Assembly: GCA_050117845.1 (NCBI GenBank)
Contig: JASFLY010000008.1
Span: 32,001-96,000 of the forward strand
Reading direction: 5' to 3'
Length of the DNA: 64,000 nt
Origin: Candidatus Zixiibacteriota bacterium
GTDB lineage: Bacteria; RBG-13-66-14; B26-G2; WVWN01
The position numbers and the translations under genes were made by a program. Shown here piece after piece: positions 51,079-60,872 of this stretch. Each line of letters starts with the position of its first letter. Positions within the stretch are counted from its first letter, which is position 1. Below the pieces are notes generated by a model. The model was not told the DNA's origin. It saw nothing but the letters and a program-made list of their open reading frames with translations, and searched no databases.

Positions 51079-51330
51079 AACGGCTCCTTTCGTAATACGT
51101 TTCAGGAGGATGGCGCGGCGGCAAGGCCGGCTCGCGGGCCGGCGTTATTCCCTATTTATGAACGCCCACGCGCCAACTCCCAAGGGGTTCGGTTACCGTC
51201 GTCGTACGAGTCCGTACGACTATCCGGGGTGCCGTACCTCAGGTTTTCTGAGACACGTGGGATTTCATTTCGTTTTGTTCACCTCCGTTATCTTCACCTA
51301 AAGGATAATTATATTCAGGGCGAAAGTCAA
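51079..51330 (-). promoter_or_regulatory. Promoter plus structured leader with UGA-interrupted uORF, copy 2
   Basis: TTGACT-17-TATCCT (51302-51330); uORF 51268->51152 with TGA at codon 10. Confidence 0.65.
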
Positions 51331-51395
51331 GTAAAAGAGTCACTAAACGCCGGGTCGGATAGAGGGGAACCCGGCCCGGCCGCCTCCTCCCGATA

Positions 51396-51479
51396 CAAAC
51401 AAGAAAGCCGCCCAAAAGGACGGCTCTCTTAGTATAGGGAGGGAGGGTTCGATTTCTAATATGGCGCCCTTGAGCACCA
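51396..51479 (-). ncRNA. Candidate sRNA, copy 2 (5' hairpin, CCCUCCCUCCCU, terminator)
   Basis: TTGACT-17-TATAAT promoter at 51485-51513 with TG extension; terminator hairpin followed by a U-rich tail. Confidence 0.55.
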
Positions 51480-51571
51480 AATACATTATACCAAAACGCA
51501 ACTATGAAGTCAAGCAAAAAAATCAACTAATACCGAAAATAATTTCCCTTATCATTTGTGTACCGTTTTTT

Positions 51572-51645
51572 AGCGGGCGACGGGATTCGAACCCGCGACC
51601 CTCAGCTTGGAAGGCTGATGCTCTAGCCAATTGAGCTACGCCCGC
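51572..51645 (-). tRNA. tRNA-Gly(TCC)
   Basis: Cloverleaf GCGGGCG..TTCGAATC..CGCCCGC; anticodon TCC; no encoded CCA. Confidence 0.95.
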
Positions 51646-51658
51646 AGTACCCAAAATG

Positions 51659-51741
51659 TGGGGAGGGAAGGATTCGAACCTCCGAAGGCGTGCGCCAGCA
51701 GATTTACAGTCTGCCCCCGTTGGCCGCTTGGGTACCTCCCC
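51659..51741 (-). tRNA. tRNA-Tyr(GTA)
   Basis: Cloverleaf with long variable arm; GCAGA-CTGTAAA-TCTGC. Confidence 0.95.
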
Positions 51742-51754
51742 GTTGCTTTCCTCT

Positions 51755-51828
51755 AGCTGGCGGGGGGACTCGAACCCCCGACCTGCTGATTACAAATCAG
51801 CTGCTCTAGCCGACTGAGCTACGCCAGC
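51755..51828 (-). tRNA. tRNA-Thr(TGT)
   Basis: Cloverleaf; GCTGA-TTTGTAA-TCAGC. Confidence 0.95.
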
Positions 51829-51840
51829 ATGGCGGCCGGT

Positions 51841-51869
51841 AGTATATCTTATCCGGGGCGTCGCGTCAA
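51841..51869 (-). promoter_or_regulatory. Sigma70-type promoter for the tRNA cluster
   Basis: TTGACG-17-TATACT followed by a GC-rich discriminator. Confidence 0.7.
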
Positions 51870-52177
51870 CCCTTAAGAGAAAAATAAGGCGGTAAAGTTT
51901 ATTGGCACGTTCGTGCCATTTCGAATTACGGGATGACGACCCGTACCGGCGGTCGTTCGGTAGGCCGGTCCGTTCGCCTACCCCGGGTTTAAGATGTTTG
52001 ACTTCGGATAGGAGGTCGGGATATAATAAGCCGAACTAAAGGGGCGGGGCGTTAACTGGATACGCGAGTTCGTCGCCGCCAAGGACGCGTATTTTTAGTA
52101 CGCGCGGGTTCCCGGGGCGGGTGTTTTTTGGCCTCTCTCGGCCGCGTGGGGGTGTTATTTAAATAGGAGGTTAGAGG

Positions 52178-52720
52178 ATGAAGAGGATTTTGGCGTTAGC
52201 GCTTCTCGCCGTAGCGCCGGCGTTGGCCAATCCGCCCACGGCCGTCGACGAGGACTTCGGGGGTTCCCAGTTTCCCCCTCCGGGGTGGACGGTGGACGGC
52301 GATTCGAGAGCGTGGTCCTGGGAAGACGGCGGCGGTTACGCCAAAGGGACCGCCGAGTGCGGCGCCGCTCCCGACTCGGGCTGGACGGCCCTGTATTCCC
52401 CCCCATTTCGCGTAAGCAAAGGTACGACGCTGAGGGTCCAGTTCCGCTATAGGACCTATGACGTGAATTACGAAACCCGATACGTTAGGATCGGGACCTG
52501 GCGCAAATTCCTGGATTGGGATCAAGAATGGATTGATTTCGACGAGGTGACGACGACTTTCGAGGCCGGGGGGGAATACCAGGCCGAATTCGCGCTCTCG
52601 ATTGCGGGAGGAAGTTACTGGGTGTGGGCCGAATTCGACGTGGACGACGTCGTCATCACCCGTCAAAACGTCGGCGTCGACCCCACCTCGCTGGGGCGTG
52701 TACGAGCGTTGTTCCGTTAG
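52178..52720 (+). CDS. Secreted beta-sandwich paralog with conserved C-terminal tail (VDPTSLGRVRALFR)
   Basis: AGGAGG RBS; signal peptide; EDFGGSQFPPPGWT..VDDVVIT, similar to 43806-44396. Confidence 0.78.
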   Translation: MKRILALALLAVAPALANPPTAVDEDFGGSQFPPPGWTVDGDSRAWSWEDGGGYAKGTAECGAAPDSGWTALYSPPFRVSKGTTLRVQFRYRTYDVNYETRYVRIGTWRKFLDWDQEWIDFDEVTTTFEAGGEYQAEFALSIAGGSYWVWAEFDVDDVVITRQNVGVDPTSLGRVRALFR

Positions 52721-52839
52721 TTGGGGCTTAACGCTTTAAGCCCGTACGGCGTTTACAAATAAAAACCCGGCGCTCCGCCGGGTTCATTCTGAACGGTAAT
52801 ACGGCGCGTTATTCATTAGGCCCGGCCCCACGGCCGGGG

Positions 52840-52865
52840 ATGGGCGCAACGCGTTGCGCCCCTAC
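52840..52865. repeat. REP palindrome overlapping the stop of the LysM/TPR gene
   Basis: GGGCGCAACGCGTTGCGCCCCTAC, same core as 55644-55671. Confidence 0.75.
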
Positions 52866-53659
52866 TCCGGCCCGGCCTCGCGGGCGGGGCCTTTTTCACC
52901 CTCGCCTTCCTTTTTCGAGGCTTCGGCCGCCGCCGCGGCCATCTCCGCCCGGGCGCTTTCCTTTATCATTTCCCGGGCGTAGCGGCCCGTGAGCGGCGGG
53001 TCCGCGCTTTCCAGGTATTTGAATAAATGGTGTCGGCCGGCGACGTATTCGCCGTCCGCCGTCAGGATTCCACCCAGGACGTACAGGCCGTACGGGAAGT
53101 CGGGCCGGCTTACCGTCAACCCCTCGAGCGTGGCCTTGGCCCCGGCGGCGTCCCCGGCCTCCGCCGCGGCGAGCGCCGCATAGAGGATTATTTCCTCGTC
53201 CTCGGGCGCCGTTCCGTGCGCGGCCGCGAAGGCCGTCGCCGCGCCGGCGTAGTCGCCGGCCTCGTAGAGCGTCGCACCCAGCTCGAACGCGAACGCCGGG
53301 TCGTCGGGCCGGCCGACGTGCGCTGCCTCGAGGCCGGCTAACGCGGCGGCGTAGTCCCCCCGGGCCAGGCTCGCCCGGGCCTCGTGGACTCCTATCAGGA
53401 TCTCGAGGGTTTCGTCGTGGCCTTTCAATTCCTCGAAGGGGATGCTCACGCGTTCGCCCGCCTCGAACGGCTTGTCGGCGTCCAGGCCGTTCCCCTGCGC
53501 CATCGTTTTGCAAAGCGCCGCGTCGCCGAAGCGGCCGCAAACGGCCGCCAACGTGTCGCCGCGCCGGCCCTCATAAACGAAGGAGCCGGCCGGCGGCCGC
53601 GGGCCGCACGCGCCGGCCAGAAGGGCAAGGCCGAGAGCGTAAACCCCCGCCCGTCTCAC
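52862..53659 (-). CDS. Lipoprotein with LysM-like and TPR domains
   Basis: Lipobox AGAC; RRGDTLAAVCGRFG..NGL...GERVSIP; TPR motifs. Confidence 0.72.
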   Translation of the reverse strand: MRRAGVYALGLALLAGACGPRPPAGSFVYEGRRGDTLAAVCGRFGDAALCKTMAQGNGLDADKPFEAGERVSIPFEELKGHDETLEILIGVHEARASLARGDYAAALAGLEAAHVGRPDDPAFAFELGATLYEAGDYAGAATAFAAAHGTAPEDEEIILYAALAAAEAGDAAGAKATLEGLTVSRPDFPYGLYVLGGILTADGEYVAGRHHLFKYLESADPPLTGRYAREMIKESARAEMAAAAAEASKKEGEGEKGPAREAGPE

Positions 53660-55386
53660 CGCGGCGCCTCTACGACCTCGCCCTCGTTGACCGTCAGGAT
53701 GGCGAGGTCCTTGGCGAGCATGCCGTTGTCGCCGCGCAGCGTCGTGGCGCCCGTTATCCCGGGGAAGTCCCGTACGGCGTCGAGGCGGCGCTTAATCTCC
53801 TCGCCGTCCTCGGCCGGGGGATAGAGCGCCGAACAGACGATGTTCGCGGCGTCGTACGATTCCGCGGCGAGGTAGTTGGGGAATTCCGCGGTTTCGCGCC
53901 GATAGTTCGAGACGAAGGCCCGGACCTTGGGGTCGGGCGAATCGGCGTAGAAGCCGGCCGTGAAGTAGGTGCCTTCCACGTACTTGGCTCCCACGCGGAT
54001 AACGCGGTTCTCGTTCCAGCCGTTGGCGCCGAGGACGTACGACGTGACGTCGGAGAAGGTGAGCTGCGGCAGGATTCGGACCACTTCCTCGTAGTGGCCG
54101 GGGAAGAACACGGCCTCGGCCCGGAGCCATTTCAATTGCTTTGTGTAGGAGAAATAGTTGATTTCGCGTTTATCCGGTTCCTTCGTCATATCTATCAACG
54201 GATACTCGACGGCTCCCACGACCTCTCCGCCGAGCCGCTCGACCGCGGCCGTGAACGCGTCGCGGTTGTCGGTGCCGTACTCGTTCGCGGGGTAAAGGAC
54301 CGCGAAACGCTTGAGGCGGAGGTTGTCTACGGCGTAGCGGGCGATGTTCTCGGTCTCGGCCTCGCGAGTCAGGCCGTTGCAGTAGACGTAACCGTTGATG
54401 TTCGTAACGGTCCCGTCGGTCGTGGAGGGGGAGAGCAGAGGGACCTGGTTGGAGTGGCACAGGGGCGCGACGGCCCGTACGTTACTCGTGAGCGCGGGGC
54501 CTATCAGCGCTATGGCTCGGGAGGTGTAGATGAGGTTCTGGGCGGCCTCCAGGGCGCCCTCGTCGGTCCCCTTGGTATCCTCGCAGACCAGCGTCACCGG
54601 TTCCTCGGGGTGCGACTTATTGTGCTCGGCCACGGCCATCTCTATGGCCGTCCGCATCGTCCGGCCGTAAACCTCGCAGTCCCCCGTGAGCGGCAGCAGC
54701 AGCCCCACTACCAGCGACTCCCGGCCCAATCGCTCGCGTACGGACACCAATAGTTCCTGTGCTTCCTGGCCCTCGTCCCGGTCGCCGTAGTTCTTCGCCA
54801 ACTCGTCGAGGACGACGACCGCCTTCTCGTAGTCGTCGCGTTTTATCTCGTGCTTGGCGAGTTTGAGTAGGACCTCGGCGGCCTCCGGCGAGCGACGGTA
54901 GTCCTCCAGCCGTTTGCGGAGTTGGTGTGCCGTCAGGCCCTCGTCGGCCAGGTTGCCGATGCCGCGGACCGCTCGTTTGTAGTAGCGGCCGTCCTCGCCG
55001 AAGGCCAACACCGCCAGAAGGCGCTCGAGCGCCCGGTGGCTTTCGCCCATGCGGAAGTGCGCCTGAGCGGCGAGGAATATCGCGTCGTCGAGGTAGGGGG
55101 AGTTCGGAAAACCCTCCTCGAACTTCTGGAGGGCGAGTACGGCGTCGGCGTATTCACCCAGCGCGAAATTGCACATGCCGATGCGCAACCCCGCGGCCGC
55201 GGCGTAGGGACCCCCCGGATCGCGTTCCAGTATATCCCGGTAAAGGCGGAGGCCGGCGACGTAATCCTTAGATTCGTAATATCGCTCGGCCCGTTTGAAA
55301 TCCTCGGTTAAAGCTTCGTCGGCCGCGGCCGAGGCCGCGGCAGCGCATAAAGCCAAAACCAACGTAAGGACGGCTATCTTTTTCAC
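53656..55386 (-). CDS. TPR plus type-1 periplasmic-binding-fold protein (LpoA/LppC-like PBP activator)
   Basis: Signal peptide; BamD-like TPRs; VGLLLPLTG, IGP, AAESYDA, FPGITG; TTGACA-17-TAGAAT promoter upstream. Confidence 0.75.
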   Translation of the reverse strand: MKKIAVLTLVLALCAAAASAAADEALTEDFKRAERYYESKDYVAGLRLYRDILERDPGGPYAAAAGLRIGMCNFALGEYADAVLALQKFEEGFPNSPYLDDAIFLAAQAHFRMGESHRALERLLAVLAFGEDGRYYKRAVRGIGNLADEGLTAHQLRKRLEDYRRSPEAAEVLLKLAKHEIKRDDYEKAVVVLDELAKNYGDRDEGQEAQELLVSVRERLGRESLVVGLLLPLTGDCEVYGRTMRTAIEMAVAEHNKSHPEEPVTLVCEDTKGTDEGALEAAQNLIYTSRAIALIGPALTSNVRAVAPLCHSNQVPLLSPSTTDGTVTNINGYVYCNGLTREAETENIARYAVDNLRLKRFAVLYPANEYGTDNRDAFTAAVERLGGEVVGAVEYPLIDMTKEPDKREINYFSYTKQLKWLRAEAVFFPGHYEEVVRILPQLTFSDVTSYVLGANGWNENRVIRVGAKYVEGTYFTAGFYADSPDPKVRAFVSNYRRETAEFPNYLAAESYDAANIVCSALYPPAEDGEEIKRRLDAVRDFPGITGATTLRGDNGMLAKDLAILTVNEGEVVEAPR

Positions 55387-55547
55387 TTTCGTACCTGCCT
55401 GAGTTTCTCACATTCTAGCACTTGCGCCCGAGGCTGTCAACCTGCCGGTGAGAACTTTGCCGCCGCCCTTCGTCCCGTAACCGGCGTTTAACCCCCTCCC
55501 GGATATACCGAGACCGGCCGCTTTCGCGGCTTGGGGGTAGAAGAAGG

Positions 55548-55922
55548 GTGCCACAGACATTCCTGTCTGTGATCTCTTTCGACGCCGGCTTTCGGGCCGG
55601 CGCGGTTGGCGCCGCCCCGGGGCCCGCGGCATAATCGGCGTTCTTGGGGGCGCAACGCGTTGCGCCCCTACCAGGCCGTTAGGGTACGGTATTCCTGCCG
55701 GTGATTCAATTGCCGCTTTGGCCGCCGCTCCGCGTCGGCCGCCGCGGGCTCCGGGCGCCTCCTCGCGGGCTGCGGGGTCGCCCTCCGTACACTATGGTGG
55801 GGCCGACATTCCTGTCGGCCATTAATCGCCGGGCGGGAACGCCTGGCCCACTAGAAGAAACCGGCCGCTTTAGGGGCCGGTGCATAACCCGCGAAGCATT
55901 AACCGCCGGTTTCAACCGGCGG
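55548..55922. repeat. Cluster of REP-like palindromes
   Basis: CACAGACATTCCTGTCTGTG (about 55552), GGGGCGCAACGCGTTGCGCCCCTAC (about 55647), GGCCGACATTCCTGTCGGCC with an inverted partner (55797-55853), CCGCCGGTTTCAACCGGCGG (about 55903). Confidence 0.72.
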
Positions 55923-56245
55923 CTCGGGCCCCTTTGATGGCCCGCGGTCCAGGCTACCCGAGCGGAGGTGGAAGGTAGATGTATATAAACGAGAAAGGAT
56001 CTAATAACTGCGTTCCCGGAAAAACGTATTCCCTTTAAAAAACGTTTGACTTTTTTAGGATATTTTGTTATATATTGCCGTTTTCCACTTAGCCGGAAAT
56101 ACGGGGGCCTAAACCCCTGAAAAATATAGCGGGAAGTTATGCGCCCCTTTACCTCGCACGGGGAAAGGTACGAGCGGGGTAAAGTAGGTGGGTTACTGTC
56201 TTCTGTTTCACCCCTAACGCTTCGCGTACCGCGGAGGGTACAGAT

Positions 56246-57442
<1,197 letters not shown>

Positions 57443-57452
57443 AGCGGTTATT

Positions 57453-57617
57453 ATGGCATTAAAAGGCGCAAATACGGTTGTAACGCTCGAGTGCACGGTG
57501 TGCCGCGAGCGCAATTATACCACGACTAAAAATAGGAAAAAGCACACTGAGAAGCTGGAGCTTAATAAGCACTGTCCTCGGTGCAACAAGCACACGCCTC
57601 ATAAAGAAATAAAATAG
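57453..57617 (+). CDS. rpmG: 50S ribosomal protein L33 (Zn-binding type)
   Basis: [30 protein letters not shown]. Confidence 0.95.
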   Translation: MALKGANTVVTLECTVCRERNYTTTKNRKKHTEKLELNKHCPRCNKHTPHKEIK

Positions 57618-57689
57618 GGCTATAGCTCAATTTGGCAGAGCACCGGATTCCAAATCCGGCGGTTGGGGGTTCGAGTCCCTCTGGCCCTG
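57616..57689 (+). tRNA. tRNA-Trp(CCA)
   Basis: AGGGCTA/TGGCCCT acceptor; CCGGA-TTCCAAA-TCCGG; 5' end overlaps the rpmG TAG. Confidence 0.95.
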
Positions 57690-57726
57690 AATAAAGGCGC
57701 GGTATAATAAGGAGCAAGAAGCGCGT

Positions 57727-57906
57727 ATGCGTAAGCTGTGGAATTTTCTGGGCGAAGTCCGGGCCGAACTAAAGAAGGTCACCTGGCCCACGTGGATCGA
57801 GGTCTTCTCTTCGACCATCGTCGTCATTATCACAACGCTTATCTTCGCCGCGCTGATAGGCGTTTGGGATAAAGTATTAATGGAGCTAATGCTTCTCATT
57901 CTGTAA
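57727..57906 (+). CDS. secE: Preprotein translocase subunit SecE
   Basis: EVRAELKKVTWP followed by a TM helix; between tRNA-Trp and nusG; absent from the ORF track. Confidence 0.93.
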   Translation: MRKLWNFLGEVRAELKKVTWPTWIEVFSSTIVVIITTLIFAALIGVWDKVLMELMLLIL

Positions 57907-57928
57907 GCCCAAAGCAGGGGTAGAGACA

Positions 57929-58561
57929 GTGGCCGACGAGGAAGTCATAAGCGCCGTCGAGGCCGAGGGGCCCGAAGCCCCCGCCGAAGAGGCCCCGCCC
58001 TCGAAGTACCAGGTGCGGGTGGACGACCCGAACGTGCGCTGGTACGTCGTGCACACGCTCACGGGCCACGAGCAGAAGGTCAAGGCCGCGCTCGAGCGGG
58101 GCATCGAGGAACGCAGCCTGGAGGACCAGGTCTACAACGTCCTCGTGCCGGCCGAAGAGGTGACCACCCAGACCAAATCCGGGAAGAGCACCCGGCGCAA
58201 GGTATTCTTCCCCGGCTACGTCCTCGTCCAGATGAAGGTCTCGGAGGAGTCCTGGGGCTTCGTCCGGCGGACCGCGGGCGTTACCGGTTTCGTCGGCTCC
58301 GGCTCCGCGCCGACGCCGCTCGCGGACGAAGAGGTCCAGATAGTGCTCGACCAGATTGAGGGCCGCAAGCCCCAGATGGAGGTCGAGTTCGACTTTGAGG
58401 AGGGCGACGTCGTAAACATTACTTCCGGCCCGTTCGCGAATTTCTCCGGCGTCGTGGAGGAAGTCTATGCCGACCGGGGGAAGTGCCGTGTAATGGTGAC
58501 CGTATTCGGCCGGGCGACGGCCGTGGAATTGGATATTTCGGAGGTTGAGAAAGGCCGCTAG
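57929..58561 (+). CDS. nusG: Transcription termination/antitermination factor NusG
   Basis: [33 protein letters not shown]. Confidence 0.96.
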   Translation: MADEEVISAVEAEGPEAPAEEAPPSKYQVRVDDPNVRWYVVHTLTGHEQKVKAALERGIEERSLEDQVYNVLVPAEEVTTQTKSGKSTRRKVFFPGYVLVQMKVSEESWGFVRRTAGVTGFVGSGSAPTPLADEEVQIVLDQIEGRKPQMEVEFDFEEGDVVNITSGPFANFSGVVEEVYADRGKCRVMVTVFGRATAVELDISEVEKGR

Positions 58562-58593
58562 GCCGGACCGTTCGGGGCCGGAGGCCGCGAGAT

Positions 58594-59019
58594 ATGGCTA
58601 AGAAACGCGAGATAGCGAAGATAAAACTGCAGGTGCCGTCCGGGCAAGCGAACCCGGCGCCGCCCGTGGGACCCGCGCTGGGCCAGCACGGCGTGAACAT
58701 CATGACCTTCTGCCAGCAGTTCAACGAGGCCACGAAGGATAAACCGGGCCTTATCGTTCCGGTAATCATAACCGTTTACCAGGATAAAACCTTCACGTTC
58801 GAGGTCAAGACGCCGCCGGCGGCGGTGCTTCTCAAGAAGGCCGCGAACATCGCGAAGGGGTCCTCCGAGCCCAACCGGGACAAAGTCGCGACCGTGACGC
58901 TGGGCCAGGTGGAGGAGATAGCCCGCACGAAGATGGAAGACTTGAACGCGGAATCCGTTGAGGCCGCGGTTAAAATAATCGAAGGCACCGCCCGCTCGAT
59001 GGGCATCACGATCGAGTAA
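58594..59019 (+). CDS. rplK: 50S ribosomal protein L11
   Basis: [22 protein letters not shown]. Confidence 0.98.
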   Translation: MAKKREIAKIKLQVPSGQANPAPPVGPALGQHGVNIMTFCQQFNEATKDKPGLIVPVIITVYQDKTFTFEVKTPPAAVLLKKAANIAKGSSEPNRDKVATVTLGQVEEIARTKMEDLNAESVEAAVKIIEGTARSMGITIE

Positions 59020-59050
59020 GGGCTCATCCCGGAACCGGAGGAAGAAAACC

Positions 59051-59755
59051 GTGGCGGGAAAGAAATACAATACGGGTAAAGAGAAAGTCGAACGGGAAAA
59101 CGAGTACGCCCTGGCGGACTCGATAAAGCTCGTTCGCGAAACGGCGTACGCCGGCTTCGACGAGACGGTGGACCTCGCGTTCCGCCTCGGCGTCGACCCG
59201 CGGCACGCCGATCAGATGGTCCGCGGTTCGGTCGTCCTGCCGCACGGCACGGGCAAGTCCGTTCGCGTCCTAGTCCTCGCCAAGGGCGAGAAGGTGCGCG
59301 AGGCGGAGGAGGCCGGGGCCGATTTCGCCGGCCTTGACGACTATTTAACCAAAATAGAAAAAGAAAACTGGCTCGAATTCGACCGCATCGTGGCCACGCC
59401 GGACGTTATGAAGGACGTCGCGAAGCTCGGGAAAATGCTCGGGCCGCGGGGCCTCATGCCGAGCCCCAAGACGGGGTCGGTGACGTTCGAAGTCGCGAAA
59501 GCGGTGGAAGACATAAAAAAGGGCAAGGTCGATTATCGCGTCGACAAGTTGGGGAACGTCCACATGACCGTGGGACGCCTCTCGTTCTCCGACGACCAGT
59601 TGACGGATAACGCCGCCACGGCCATCGAGGCCATAGTCCGGGCCCGGCCCGCGGCTACCAAAGGCCAATATTTGAAACGGGTCACGGTGTCCAGCACCAT
59701 GGGCCCCGGGATCCGGATTAGCCGACAGGAAGCCCTGGCGCTGGCCGGCGGGTAA
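59051..59755 (+). CDS. rplA: 50S ribosomal protein L1
   Basis: FDETVD, DQMVRG..LPHGTG, LGPRGLMP, STMGPG. Confidence 0.98.
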   Translation: MAGKKYNTGKEKVERENEYALADSIKLVRETAYAGFDETVDLAFRLGVDPRHADQMVRGSVVLPHGTGKSVRVLVLAKGEKVREAEEAGADFAGLDDYLTKIEKENWLEFDRIVATPDVMKDVAKLGKMLGPRGLMPSPKTGSVTFEVAKAVEDIKKGKVDYRVDKLGNVHMTVGRLSFSDDQLTDNAATAIEAIVRARPAATKGQYLKRVTVSSTMGPGIRISRQEALALAGG

Positions 59756-59785
59756 ACCATCACATAGAAACGACGGTGCGGTACC

Positions 59786-60322
59786 ATGCCTATTAGTAAG
59801 GAACGAAAAGAAGAGATTTTGGCGTTACTCAAAAGCGAATTCGGCGAAGCCGAAGGTGCGGTGTTCACCGATTTCCGGGGCGTCGACGTCGCCGGCATGA
59901 CGCGGCTCCGCTCCACCCTTCGAGCCGAGGGTTCGCGGTACTTCGTCGCCAAGCGCACGCTCGCCGAAATAGCCCTCTCCGACGAGGATAAGGAAACGCT
60001 GGGCGCGTTGCTCGACGGCGCGACCGGCATCGCCTTCGTCGGCGAGGAGCCGGTTGCCGTCGCGAAAATCCTCGTCGATTTCCGCAAGGATTACGCCGCG
60101 TTCGTAATCAAGGGTGGCCTCTTGGGCGGCGAGTTCCTCGCGTCCGAAAAGATAGTCAGGCTGGCCAAGACGCCGCCGCGCGACGTGTTGCTCGCGATGC
60201 TGTTCGCGGCCATGAAGTCCCCGCAGACCTCGCTCGTGTACGTCATGAGCGGCGTCATGCGGAAGGCGGTCGCGACGCTTGCGGCCATTGCCGATAAGAA
60301 GAAAGAAGAAGAAAACACATAA
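59786..60322 (+). CDS. rplJ: 50S ribosomal protein L10
   Basis: DFRGV..M..LR, VAKRTL, IKGG; synteny. Confidence 0.93.
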   Translation: MPISKERKEEILALLKSEFGEAEGAVFTDFRGVDVAGMTRLRSTLRAEGSRYFVAKRTLAEIALSDEDKETLGALLDGATGIAFVGEEPVAVAKILVDFRKDYAAFVIKGGLLGGEFLASEKIVRLAKTPPRDVLLAMLFAAMKSPQTSLVYVMSGVMRKAVATLAAIADKKKEEENT

Positions 60323-60388
60323 CAATAATTATACATATTTATTTAAGGAATATTTCAAGGAGGAAAGCCCGCCGCGGGCGAAAAGTTT

Positions 60389-60763
60389 ATGACCAAGGAA
60401 GAAATCAAGGAAGCCATTAAGTCGATGACCGTCCTCGAACTCTCCGAACTCGTGTCGGAGCTCGAGGAGGAATTCGGCGTTACCGCGGCGGCGCCCGTAG
60501 CGGTTGCGGCCCCGGGGGCAGCGGCCGGAGAAGCCGCCGTCGAGGAAGAGAAAACCGAATTCGCAGTTGTGTTGAAGGCCATCGGCGACAACAAGATCCC
60601 GGTCATCAAGGTCGTCCGGGAAGTCACCGGCCTCGGCTTGAAAGAAGCCAAAGAGGTCGTGGACGGCGCTCCCTCCACCATTAAGGAAGGCCTGTCCAAA
60701 GAGGACGCGGAGCAGGTTAAGGCCAAGCTCGAAGAAGTGGGCGCCACCATCGCTTTGGAGTAA
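60389..60763 (+). CDS. rplL: 50S ribosomal protein L7/L12
   Basis: [30 protein letters not shown]. Confidence 0.98.
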   Translation: MTKEEIKEAIKSMTVLELSELVSELEEEFGVTAAAPVAVAAPGAAAGEAAVEEEKTEFAVVLKAIGDNKIPVIKVVREVTGLGLKEAKEVVDGAPSTIKEGLSKEDAEQVKAKLEEVGATIALE

Positions 60764-60872
60764 AGCGCTGCATACTATTAACCGTGTACGGGTGATCGCG
60801 GCGGAGCGGCCGGCCCCCCGGGCCCGCGGTTCCGCCCGTCACCTTGCCGGGTTTTAAAGGAGCGCCGCAGGT

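Noticed and set aside
51239..51526. 95-aa minus-strand ORF
   Set aside because: Runs through promoters and a terminator; only its last nine codons (the uORF) are conserved in the duplicate leader
55411..55440. CIRCE-like CTAGCACTT element
   Set aside because: No matching right arm; better explained as a minus-strand TTGACA-17-TAGAAT promoter
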